A stretch of DNA of 63,834 bases, filler included, from Globobulimina sp. (lineage: Eukaryota), in assembly GCA_003354225.1 (NCBI GenBank). It is 36 parts of 36 records of this genome, joined end to end, with 100 filler letters (N's around TTAATTAATTAA, not from the genome) between each part and the next. Parts side by side here need not be neighbours in the genome. Positions count along the whole stretch, not along the records: positions 12,440 to 14,116 come from PIVH01013249.1; positions 14,217 to 15,892 come from PIVH01013250.1; positions 15,993 to 17,668 come from PIVH01013251.1; positions 17,769 to 19,444 come from PIVH01013252.1; positions 19,545 to 21,220 come from PIVH01013253.1; positions 21,321 to 22,996 come from PIVH01013254.1; positions 23,097 to 24,772 come from PIVH01013255.1; 29 more parts are not named here. One strand, written 5' to 3'. The translations under genes and the position numbers were made by a program. Positions 12,590 through 23,228 of the stretch are shown one piece after another. The notes beneath the pieces were generated by a model, which was not told where the DNA came from, did not search any database, and worked only from the letters and a program-made list of their open reading frames with translations. Positions within the stretch are counted from its first letter, which is position 1. Every line of letters starts with the position of its first letter.

Positions 12590-12790
12590 TTTGATCATAC
12601 ATTTGTGTATGATCACATGCACTTGAGGCCCATGAGCAAAAAAAACTCTGTATTTGTCAGAGGTATGATCATATATTCTGTATGTATAAATGTGATCATA
12701 CATATATGTATGATCACATGCACTTGAGGCCCATGAGCAAAAAAACATTTAGTGGAAACCCATGATCACATGCACTTGAGGCCCATAGTT
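12590..12790. repeat. Three copies of ATGATCACATGCACTTGAGGCCCAT among TGATCA-rich palindromes; related motifs at about 13671 and 14082-14116
   Basis: Copies start at 12609, 12710 and 12762. Confidence 0.8.
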
Positions 12791-13075
12791 GCAATAGGGC
12801 TCTCCGATATGTACTGAATTTTCCAAAAACTTTTCGAACAGATCCGTTCAGTTCGAAAAGGTCCCACCATGTCCAGAAGAAAAGGAAACAACATATTATT
12901 GTCGCTTAGCTCAAGAAGAGCCCTGGATGGCCGGATGGATCCAGAAGATTCAGGTTCAAATCCTGATGCGACCGCACACAAACAAACCACGAAAAGAATA
13001 TGCATTGGCTGTGAAATTAGAAAAAGCAAATACACGGCACCCCCAATTGCAATACGAGTCCCGTATTTATAACAT

Positions 13076-13470
13076 ATGAAAGGCAGTATGGGTGCGGAGA
13101 AAATTGATATCACCCAATCCACCATTCATTATAAACCGAAAGAGTTTCAAATATATGTTTACAATGATAATAACACTGAATTTTATTTTGAATGTGATTC
13201 TATGTTAGATGCAGATGAATGGTTATCCATTTTACAAAAAATAAATACTTCATCACAACAGACAACAGATATACGCACAGTGTACGAAGGAACATTATAT
13301 AAAAACGGCAAAATGAACACATCATGGAAACATCGGTGGTTTTCTTTAAGCACAGATTTTAAACTAAAATATTACGAATCAAACGTTAATATAAATGCAT
13401 TGGGTATCATTGACTTATTACACATTGAAAAGATTACAGCATCACATATTAAAGACATACCATTATCTTC
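13076..13470 (+). pseudogene. Isolated fragment of a tandem PH-domain gene (end of one PH, start of the next)
   Basis: FYFECDSMLDADEWLSIL then YEGTLYKNG...SWKHRWFSLS...LKYYE...LGIIDL; runs into a 24-bp tandem repeat. Confidence 0.7.
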
Positions 13471-13486
13471 GATACCAAGATATATC

Positions 13487-13558
13487 AATGGTGCCTTATT
13501 GGGCGTATTTTATGGTGCCTTATTCTGCGTATTTTATGGTGCCTTATTTGGCGTATTC
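13487..13558. repeat. 24-bp tandem repeat x3
   Basis: atggtgccttattNNgcgtatt(t/c)t repeated three times. Confidence 0.85.
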
Positions 13559-14430
13559 TAAGACCCTGCACTAAGGCATGCGCTAAGACCCCACACTGCA
13601 TATATGGAGGCATAGATAGGAGTCATAGATAGGAGAGTCATAGATTATAGTCACAAATTATAGTCCACATTGATGTATGATCACATGGACAACCACACGG
13701 GTCGCCCGCATTAACAGACAAAAAAAAATCATGAAAAAAATAAAGTTTCCGAAAAAAATAAATTTATAAAATATTTTTTGATTTTTTTTCTATTTAGAAA
13801 ACACTTGAAAATTCGCGTGACACGAGAGATCGCTACTTTTCTGTCTGGCTGGCTGTCTGCCTATCTGCTTTACTTGCCTATCTGCCTGTCTGGCAGGCTG
13901 GCTGTCTGGTTGTCTGGCTGACCTAGTCACTACTTTTTTTCAACGATCGTCTGCTTCGACAGGTAGCTCCAAAAGGATTGCATAAAAAAGATCTTGATCT
14001 ATCTAGCTACTCCTAAAAAAAAGTTGGGATCGTCAGTGCTCCAGAAACACATTGAAAAACTCGAGTTCGAGTTCGAGTCCCGTGATCATACATCAATGTA
14101 TGATCAAATGTATGATNNNNNNNNNNNNNNNNNNNNNNNNNNNNNNNNNNNNNNNNNNNNTTAATTAATTAANNNNNNNNNNNNNNNNNNNNNNNNNNNN
14201 NNNNNNNNNNNNNNNNTTGTGAATAAAATAATTACGACATTACGGTCTTTTCATCTATTGACCTATTATTGCCCAGTTATGTCAACAGTCTCCAATTTAG
14301 TTTTCGTTTTCATAACGAAACGAAAATTAATATCGCCCATTTAAACGATTCTTCCATCCCTAATAATTTCATTGAATTGAATTCATTTCATTTCAACGTT
14401 TATTCCATTTTTAGTAACTACAAACAACAA

Positions 14431-15892
14431 ATGGCAGAGGAAAACAACAAACTTGTCAATGCTTGGACCGAATGGGGCACATTGGAAGAAATAATGGTAG
14501 GACGTGTGGATGGGGCTTGTTGTATGCCAATTGAACCAAATTTCCAACCTCAGATAAATGATCCTGAAGTAGCCAAACTTATACATTGGCCAATTGGACC
14601 AAAGTCTAGCACATCCATCAAACTTGCGAACAAACAGCTTGATCAATTGGCTGAAATGCTAGCTGCTGAGACAGTCAAAGTGTACAGAACAGAGGAATAT
14701 GATGACTTAGTGAAGGAGAAGGTGGAAAAAATCAAAACAGAAGGTTTGTAATTCATTTTAAAATCTCACACAATATTTTAGAATAGACTGAAAAATTTCT
14801 TTCCCTACATTTAACTTCATTCACCACATTTCTTGTTTTTGTGTCAAACCTAAAATTTAGAGTTGTCAAACTTATGGAAGAATGTGTGATGATGAGCTCA
14901 GTTCCAATCGGCCATGCAGCCGTTTCAAATTTCAGTCTGACTGGTTCGGTTGGATATTGAGCAAAGGCATTAGTTATAAACCTTTATAGTGTGATCACTC
15001 ATGCAGTTACATTAGTGACTGTTTTCAGTTGTCCATTCAACTACAGAAAAAACAAAACATGGTGCTGAAGTCCGAAGGCCAAGTGTATTTGATTTCAACC
15101 GATCTTGCAGGACCCCAGACTGGGAGATTGCTACAATGAATAGTTCAGCATGTCCACGTGATATAATTATCACTATAGGAAACACAATTCTCGAAGCACC
15201 AATGGCACTCCGGTCACGTTTCTTTGAATATCTGCCATATCGGGAAACGATTCACCAACTTTGGAGACAGGATCCATCAATGCGTTGGATAGCAGCTCCT
15301 AAACCAAGCATGGCTGACTGCATGTATGATACAGCATACTGGGGAATGACAAAGGAACAACAATACGATCGAAGTCATCAAGAAATTTGGTATGTATTGA
15401 AGAATGATGAACCAGTATTCGATGCAGCCAGTGTGACCAGAATGGGAGTGGATCTTTTTGTCGAGACCGGTTTAACTACAAACCAAGCTGGCATCGATTG
15501 GCTGAGACGAGAATTCTCAGAGATACACAGAGTACATGAACTACATTTTTTGGATGACTTAAAACCAATGCACATTGATGGAAGTTTTCTACCCTTGAGA
15601 CCACCAAAGGGTCTTTGGTACTGAAGGTTTAGCATTGTACTGTCCCGATCGGCCACCATTAGAAGCTGAAATGGCTCTCTTTCACAACAACAACTGGAGT
15701 TTGGTTAGCGCTGCATTACCAGCAACTGATATTTTACCTGTTCTATCCCAAAGCAGTAAGTGGACTGGGGCAATCAATTTATTGTCATTGTCTGAAAACA
15801 GTGTCATAATAGAAGAAAGCGAAATTCCCACTTACAACTTGCTGACAGATCTTGGTTTTGACATCTTAACAACACCAATGCGTAAATTTTAT
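14431..15892 (+). CDS. GATM: Glycine amidinotransferase (AGAT)-family enzyme; intron about 14744-15046; frameshift near 15610; 3' partial
   Basis: VNAWTEWGTLEEIMVGR, EVRRP..TPDW, ACPRD, EAPMALRSRFFEY, APKP, EPVFDAA, TNQAGIDWLRR, PMHID. Confidence 0.9.
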
Positions 15893-16177
15893 NNNNNNNN
15901 NNNNNNNNNNNNNNNNNNNNNNNNNNNNNNNNNNNNTTAATTAATTAANNNNNNNNNNNNNNNNNNNNNNNNNNNNNNNNNNNNNNNNNNNNTCGCTAAT
16001 AAGTCATCATTGAGATCAATAGTTACGTTTGATAAATTTTGTGTTTTTTCATCATCAAATTGAAGGTCATTCTCTTTATCATCCTCAGATTCACCAATAA
16101 CTTCCATGACGGTGGTGATTGTGTTATTGTAGTTTTTACTTCAAAATTGCAACCTACAAACAAACCATTGCAACTTC

Positions 16178-17212
16178 ATGAACCCAAGCACAGCAGCAAG
16201 ACGACGCATCAACGCAGCTAAAACGTCTACAGGAACATGTAACAAACAATATTTTTGTATATTTGTTGTTTATGCGCTGTTCGTTTTCTCATCAGCCATT
16301 GTTTTCTCATTCTTGGAAGATTTATCGTATATTGATAGCGTATATTTTATCGTTGTTACGCAAACTACTGTGGGATACGGCGATATTACACCACAAACTA
16401 ATGCTGGATTGGTTTTTAATTTGTTTTTTATTTTCCTATCATTGGGAGGGATTGTAATATTGTTCCAGGCATTATTGACTTATTTGTTTGATTCAAAAAT
16501 CAATAATTTAATCTCAGAAATAAAAAATGATATGAAAGTAAAAAATGAAAGTAAATTAAATGCAGCAGTTGCGAGAAAAACAGCTGCTGAAATTCAAAGA
16601 AAAATATCTTTGTGTACCTTTTCAGGAATTTACATTGTTTGGGTTGTTATATGGGTCATGTTCTTTGCTCTAAATCCTGCAGAAGAACCATTCAATTTTT
16701 TTGAAGCAATATATTTTGCCGTAGTCAGCTCCACAACAGTTGGATATGGTGGCTTTCTGCCGCAATCCGATGGAGCGAAAGTATTTGTATCTATCTTTTT
16801 AAATTGCGGAGTTGAGTTATATTGCGGAACCTATTTGTATTAATATTATATACATAATATATGATAGATAATGTCGTTGGCGACCGTATTAAGTGTTTTT
16901 TCTGAATATATGATGGATTTTATCAAGAAATTTGAACCAGAATCCTTAATTCCTGGTGTTTCTGATAAAACTGCAGCTGTGTCACACAAGAGACAATTGA
17001 CTAATTTGCTGGCTCTGACTAATAAGCAAGCAATGAACAAGCATCATTACATTGTGCATAGACTGTTGAAGACAAAGAAAATAACAAACGAAGAGTATGC
17101 AATATTTGAGAGGGAATTTGAAGAGTTGGATAAAGATGGAAATCAAGTGTTGGATGTAAATGATTTAAATTTATTTGATGAAAAAGTGGAAATTAATCCA
17201 TTGTTACCATGA
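16178..17212 (+). CDS. Two-pore-domain K+ channel (TPK/K2P-like) with C-terminal EF-hand; intron 16811-16867
   Basis: Pore 1 YFIVVTQTTVGYGDITP; pore 2 YFAVVSSTTVGYGGFLP; four TM segments; FEELDKDGNQVLDVNDL EF-hand; GT..AG intron restores frame. Confidence 0.92.
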
Positions 17213-17768
17213 CCATTGCGAAAAAAATTGACAATTATTTTATAACCTTATTTTATAACACTATTTTTATTATTATTGTAATTATATAACCATTTTTTTT
17301 TCTTTTTATTTTTTTCGCAATAATGCATCTTATGACGGATAGCAAGGTCAAATAGGAAAACTCTAATGAATCCTCTTTGATGTCTGTTGCCAGTGACATG
17401 CTATAAAAGTTTGTTTTTTTTGTACATTATTCTAGTTCGAAACCCAACAGAAAGCTATAGCAAACCGTTTCTGTATGTAGACAGAGCAGCAACACAATTT
17501 GTGTTATTTGTGTTATTTGCTTTTGACCAATGGAATTGTTTCAATCGGCTTATCTTTGCTTCTCCATTTATTTCTGTAATAACATTTATATCCGCCAAAT
17601 ACCACTAAACCAATACAAATAGCAACAACTACAACGATAACATAAGTTTGATTTTTATCCCACCAATTNNNNNNNNNNNNNNNNNNNNNNNNNNNNNNNN
17701 NNNNNNNNNNNNTTAATTAATTAANNNNNNNNNNNNNNNNNNNNNNNNNNNNNNNNNNNNNNNNNNNN

Positions 17769-18642
17769 TTACTTTATATACTCTATACAGTTCCTCACTC
17801 CATCGTGGTAAATTAATTTTTCCAAAAGCTCCTTGTTTGTCGAGCTCTAATTTATGTACAATGTCATCCTTTTGAAATTTGGGTGGTATTGCAATATTTT
17901 TGGCGATAATTTTTCTTCGTTTGTTTAGGACTAAATGTAGTACTTCGCCCGCGTTTTCAGTGGTCACACTGTTTGGTGTTCTATTACCGATTGAGCTGTG
18001 TGGTGAGTTATTGTATATGTCAACAGCTTGCTTGACACCATTCCATCCAGAACCGCCACCGGTTACAATTCTGCCAAGTATAATTCTCAACGATCGTATC
18101 AAAGATTCTGCTAACCCAGTTTTTGAGGGGTTGTTGCCAGATGTAAAAATCTGCTTGACATTGTATTGCTTCATCTTATCACGAAATGACCTCCCCATAA
18201 ATTCAACCCCGTGATCAGAAAAAGCTGAGTGAATTTTAAATTTATAGTTTTTTATTATTTTTTCCATACCATTCGCGACATTTTTAGCAGTTAAATTACG
18301 GACTGGAACAACGGTTGCAAGTTTACTCAATGCATCGACTGCAACGAGAGCGTGCGGAAACTGTGATTTTGTTTTCTGTCCTAGAAACCAAATATCAATC
18401 GCGACCATTTGCCCCGGGTATGACACGTTAATCCATTGATTCCAAATCGATGTTCTCGGTCTCGGTACCTGTTTATGTCTGGCATATGCTGGTTGAGTAG
18501 AGAGGTAACGGTCTACATCTGATTGGTTAATTTTAGGATTCTCTCTGTGGGCTTGCAACCAAAGTTTCTTGGCAGAAGTAAAACCTGTCTCTGGATTATA
18601 GTACAATTCGGCAAGCAACTCTTTTTTCTTTTTTGTCAACAT
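17769..18642 (-). CDS. Polinton/Maverick-type retroviral-like (rve, DDE) integrase, 3' partial
   Basis: LYYNPETGFTSAKKLW N-terminus; AIDIW, VAVDALSK, SDHGVEF, LAESLIRSLR; YNNSPHSSIG; KFQKDDIV..FGK...RWSEELYRV. Confidence 0.9.
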
Positions 18643-18678
18643 GATTATTAATGATGGAATTTTGAACAGGTAAGTTAA

Positions 18679-18700
18679 CTTTACCTTATATATAGTAAAG
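18679..18700. promoter_or_regulatory. Candidate bidirectional TATA promoter
   Basis: Palindromic TATATATA (18687-18694) flanked by CTTTAC/GTAAAG inverted repeat, about 45 bp and 42 bp from the two divergent ATGs. Confidence 0.55.
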
Positions 18701-18735
18701 AACAGCGAGGTGTAAACCAATATGTAAATGAGAGC

Positions 18736-19245
18736 ATGGCGGGTGCGTGTCCCGACTCTGTTGAGTCTATTATTATGGTACGCGACTACATTGGGTATAG
18801 ATTAAAATTAGCTGGAATCGATTGGGAATACCAACCCGATTATTTGCTTCCGGGCAGAAAACATTTAATGCTGCGCGAACTGGCATATTCATTTGAATTG
18901 CAATACAAAACTCAACTAGAAGAATTAATCAACAACATGGAATTTTCGTTGAACACTATTCAAGACGAATACCAAAAAATATTAGACTTGTTGCTAGGCA
19001 AAAAGATCACATGGAAGCGAATCGTTTTAATATTTTCTATAACCGGATACTTAGCTTTAGAAAGTATAGTGAGAAATAAGCCATCGAATGTAATTATGTT
19101 CATGGATACATTGTTATCGTTGTATATCAAGAGAGAATTGATTTATTGGGTAATAGAAAATGGTAATTGGGAACATGGGTTAGAAAAATGTTTGCGCCAA
19201 TATTTGAAATCAAATCAGCGGAACAATTGCTGTATCATCATTTAA
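18736..19245 (+). CDS. Bcl-2-family homologue with C-terminal CaaX motif (complete, 169 aa)
   Basis: BH4-like MVRDYIGYRLKLAGIDW; BH3-like LMLRELAYSFELQY; BH1-like LLGKKITWKRIVLIFSITG; BH2-like WVIENGNWE; ends CCIII*. Confidence 0.85.
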   Translation: MAGACPDSVESIIMVRDYIGYRLKLAGIDWEYQPDYLLPGRKHLMLRELAYSFELQYKTQLEELINNMEFSLNTIQDEYQKILDLLLGKKITWKRIVLIFSITGYLALESIVRNKPSNVIMFMDTLLSLYIKRELIYWVIENGNWEHGLEKCLRQYLKSNQRNNCCIII

Positions 19246-19248
19246 ATT

Positions 19249-19444
19249 TTACATAAAATATTTTAACAATTTTCGAAAATTTCGTCTGTCTTCTCTACTT
19301 CTGAGCTCAATGATTGTTTTATCATAGATATTATCAGCTTCGAAAGCTCTTATTTCATATGAATCTTGTTTCTCCAGTTCGTCATATCCCATACACTGTA
19401 CTTCAATTTGATATCCAGACTCGGTTTTACCAACAATCATAGTA
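19249..19444 (-). CDS. C-terminal fragment of an unknown protein, convergent with the Bcl-2 gene
   Basis: Frame open from contig end; stop lies 3 bp from the Bcl-2 stop. Confidence 0.5.
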
Positions 19445-19631
19445 NNNNNNNNNNNNNNNNNNNNNNNNNNNNNNNNNNNNNNNNNNNNTTAATTAATTAA
19501 NNNNNNNNNNNNNNNNNNNNNNNNNNNNNNNNNNNNNNNNNNNNTGTATTTGTGTGCAAGAATTTGTAATCACTCTCTCTCTCTCTCTTTGTAATGTACA
19601 TCGTCTGTAATGTTTGGATGGGTACTGATTT

Positions 19632-19907
19632 TTATTGGCGTTGGATATCGACTTCCAGTGCAAATAAAGCAAAAATCAAAGTAAATATTATCTTAAAAAT
19701 GTTGGAAATGGGACATGATATCGATTTGTAATGAGTGGAGTCGACAATTGCCAATGTCATTCCTGGTGTATATTCAAAAAAATCTTTTGGTTCAATAATT
19801 GTAAATCGAAAATGTCTCAATCTACTGTCATCTTGCAACAATTTGTGTATTTCTCTGCCAGCAAATGAATAACCGATGATAATCACATCTTGAATAACCG
19901 ATGACAT
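19632..19907 (-). CDS. N-terminal fragment of an FAD-dependent pyridine nucleotide-disulfide oxidoreductase (AIFM2/FSP1-like), truncated
   Basis: VIIIGYSFAG Rossmann-like motif followed by TIIEPKDFFEYTPG; similarity ends after about 70 aa. Confidence 0.65.
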   Translation of the reverse strand: MSSVIQDVIIIGYSFAGREIHKLLQDDSRLRHFRFTIIEPKDFFEYTPGMTLAIVDSTHYKSISCPISNIFKIIFTLIFALFALEVDIQRQ

Positions 19908-20285
19908 TTCTTAGCAACTTGTAAATCATCTTGTTGCGGTTACTTCTACTTATATATAAATGTAAAGTAGATTTAAATATTTAATTCTGCAACATATTCT
20001 CAGATTGAACCAAAGAAACAATTAAAACAATTTAGCAATAAAAATATTATTGCAATGAAGATTATTATTTAAAGAAATCAATGTTAAACAACATCTGAAA
20101 GAAGTTCTGATTTTCCGCAAAAATAAATTTCAGTAAATAAAAATTTAACATTCACGGATTTCAATGATAAGCATATCATTTGAAAGAATCGAGCATGGAC
20201 AAATATATGGAAGTACATACAAAAAATTTATCATTTTCATTATTTATTATTTAATTTTGAGTTTTGGAGTTGGTGTTTCGCAAAA

Positions 20286-21220
20286 ATGCTCACTACTAAC
20301 GATAATGTCTCTGTCTCTGACAGCCTCATTCTATGCAAAGGAAATATTTACATTCTCGGATGGTTTAACAATTGGAAGTCACGCTATTGTACATTGTCAA
20401 CATCACGGAAGTTAGAATTTTGGTGTCATTCGGAGCACATCGACAATATTAAGCCAATATTGACAATAGATTTATCGACAGTTATTTCAATCCATGATAA
20501 TATTATACATGATCATGATAATAATAATAATAAATTCACATTTTGTATGGAAACGAAATCAAGCCACAAGTATACGTTTGGCTGCAATAACGAAGATATT
20601 TTGGATCAATGGATTAAACATTTGAATGTTTATGTATTTGGCGATATCATTCATTGTGGATTTATGATAAAACAAGGTCATAATTTTAAAACATGGAAAA
20701 AACGTTGGTTCACATTATCAGCGCATTGGAGGGAATTACGGTATTATGAGAATGAGCATATATCCCATGTTACGTATAAAGGCGCAGTTGATTTATCATT
20801 AGTAAATGTATTGAGATTTGGCGATAAATTAAATTATGGATTCCAATATACGATTGAATTGATATTAACACGGCGTACATATGTATTTGTAAACACATAT
20901 CACGAGAATAGAGAGAAATGGATGAAACAATTTGAAAATGTATTAAAAGGGCAAAATTATTGCTCAATTTGTAAAGATATAAATTCGAGGAATATGGCGA
21001 TGGCGATGAATAAAAGAATATATTATAAAATGAATATAATTTATGAAGGATATTTGAATTTATTTACACCAAATGGGGCATGGAAAGAAAGTTATTATGC
21101 GATTGATGGTAAAACTATGCGTTTATTTTATACAGACACAATCTCAAAAATGGATCAATTTCAAAGTGCGGTTATAAAAAAAGAATATTATGAAAAATAT
21201 ATATCACAACATATGGAAGG
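20286..21220 (+). CDS. Tandem PH-domain protein (2 complete + third partial), 3' partial
   Basis: NWKSRYCTL..DQWIKHL; GFMIKQGHNFKTWKKRWFTL..KGAVDL..EKWMKQF; IYEGYL..WKESY. Confidence 0.9.
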
Positions 21221-21410
21221 NNNNNNNNNNNNNNNNNNNNNNNNNNNNNNNNNNNNNNNNNNNNTTAATTAATTAANNNNNNNNNNNNNNNNNNNNNNNN
21301 NNNNNNNNNNNNNNNNNNNNACCGGTGAAAACATGCAAAACAACGCATAGTTATTCTGTGCGAAATCAGATATTTGAATTTGAATAACTACAGGATCTAG
21401 GATCGTTAAA

Positions 21411-22736
21411 ATGCGTCTCAAAAAAAACAAAAACTTTGAGTTCATGCATCGTCCTTACAACTCCAGAATTACTATGTATCAACGCCTCAGACATTCGCCA
21501 TCGTCATATTTAAATAATATTAAACACAAATGGTGCTTATTTGTATTTGCATTTCTATGCATATGGTTTGTAATGGCAACATACTTTTTATACCGTCCAG
21601 CAGCCAAATTGCAAACAGACACTCTCTCAACACTCTGCACACAAATATCATCCAAACAAAATAACAATGTCATCATACATAACATGTGCTCACTTCTGGA
21701 ACATTTAAAACTGGACACATTCTCCAACAAAGACTGCCATTTCAAACACCCCGTGGAAGGACATTGGGCCATCGGGTGGTTCATGACAATGTTTTACAAA
21801 ATGAGCAAAAACCAACATTGCGGCACTGTCAACATCCACCAATTCCTAACTCAGACTGCGCAGCAAAACCAAAATCAAGACACAAATTCCAAATTCACAG
21901 TGCTAATAAACACATGGCAAAGAAACGAATGTTTGATCAAATCTGTGCAGCATTATCTGTCCTGCAATGATGTGGCACAAATACGGATTATTTGGAGTGA
22001 CAACAACAACGACATACCAACTTATTTGCAGAATTTGCGGACTCAAATCCCAGATCCAAACAGATTAGTTTTTGATGAATATAAAGACAATAAACTGACC
22101 AATCGCTTCAAATATAATAATGAATGGCGCACCGATGCAATATTCCAAACCGATGATGACATAAAATATTCCTGTTCGTTGATAGCAAATGCATTCAAAC
22201 TATGGCAGTTATTTCCGGATTATATGATCGGATTTGCGCCGAGAGAGCCCTTTGAAGAGTACAAAAGTCGGAAAAAGTTGGAAAATCTGAGCAAATATCA
22301 ATTTTATACTTGGGATAAACCATTCAGTAAATGTGAGTATTCGCTCTTGTTTGTGACTTTGGGCGGGTTTATGCATAAGAAATATTATCGAGTGTATGAC
22401 GAGAATAATATCAATGGATGGGACGTGATAAAGGAGTCCGTGAATGGCAATATTACAGCGGAGGATATCTCGATGAGTCTGTTGTATAGTTTTGAGAGTG
22501 GATTGCCTCCGATGGTTGTGACTGTGCCTGAGTCGGAGATGTTGATTGAGGATTTTTTGTACTGTCAAAAAGATAAATCGGTGATAATGCATACGGATTC
22601 CGGTAAGAAGAGGACAAATATTTATATGGATGCTTTGGAGGTGTTGGGATATTATGAGAATACGTTTGATTTACTTGCCTCGAGTTTGTGGGTAGATGTT
22701 ATGCCTTTGTCTCGACAAAAATGCTGGGCCGGTTAA
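21411..22736 (+). CDS. Glycosyltransferase family 64 (exostosin C-terminal/EXTL2-like), type II membrane protein
   Basis: N-terminal TM; FTVLINTWQR, QIRIIWS, LTNRF, TDAIFQTDDDI (DxD), IGFAPR, AEDISMS. Confidence 0.9.
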   Translation: MRLKKNKNFEFMHRPYNSRITMYQRLRHSPSSYLNNIKHKWCLFVFAFLCIWFVMATYFLYRPAAKLQTDTLSTLCTQISSKQNNNVIIHNMCSLLEHLKLDTFSNKDCHFKHPVEGHWAIGWFMTMFYKMSKNQHCGTVNIHQFLTQTAQQNQNQDTNSKFTVLINTWQRNECLIKSVQHYLSCNDVAQIRIIWSDNNNDIPTYLQNLRTQIPDPNRLVFDEYKDNKLTNRFKYNNEWRTDAIFQTDDDIKYSCSLIANAFKLWQLFPDYMIGFAPREPFEEYKSRKKLENLSKYQFYTWDKPFSKCEYSLLFVTLGGFMHKKYYRVYDENNINGWDVIKESVNGNITAEDISMSLLYSFESGLPPMVVTVPESEMLIEDFLYCQKDKSVIMHTDSGKKRTNIYMDALEVLGYYENTFDLLASSLWVDVMPLSRQKCWAG

Positions 22737-23228
22737 CTTAAATTTTATACTCGAAGTTGACCGATGACTAGCTCACTTCAAGAAAATCTTAAATCAGGGT
22801 TCTCACCTCATAGACGACAATTTTTTACCTTTATTGCATAGATTTGTCTCTTCTTTCATATGCCAGAATCCTGGAAAAATCTATCATTGCACTGTCGTCT
22901 GTCGTCTATGAGTAGGTTGAAAACCACTCTAGCTAACCCAAAAACTTTGCTAATCGTTGAAATGAAACGAAACGAAACTAAGCCAAAAAAGTTATANNNN
23001 NNNNNNNNNNNNNNNNNNNNNNNNNNNNNNNNNNNNNNNNTTAATTAATTAANNNNNNNNNNNNNNNNNNNNNNNNNNNNNNNNNNNNNNNNNNNNTCAG
23101 TATTTATAATAATAAGCGATTGTATCATATGGTTTTCTCAATGCTACTCAAATCGTTGTTATTCTGTTTCTGTTTGCATTCAGCTGTTTTTTTTTTAACA
23201 TTTTGCGTCAAAAACATCTTCTTGCACC

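Larger units (their letters stand above)
17769..19444. mobile_element. Fragment of a Polinton/Maverick (adintovirus-like) element or virus
   Basis: Polinton-type integrase plus two tightly packed intronless ORFs (93-bp and 3-bp gaps); no pPolB, capsid gene or TIR on the contig. Confidence 0.7.

Noticed and set aside
12609-12790. CRISPR-like array
   Set aside because: Only three copies with irregular periods (101 and 52 bp), spacers contain the same motif, no cas genes, eukaryotic context
7109-19907. Apparent apoptosis gene cluster (caspase-like, Bcl-2, AIF/FSP1-like)
   Set aside because: The three genes are on separate contigs ordered only by length; there is no physical linkage and they may come from different organisms
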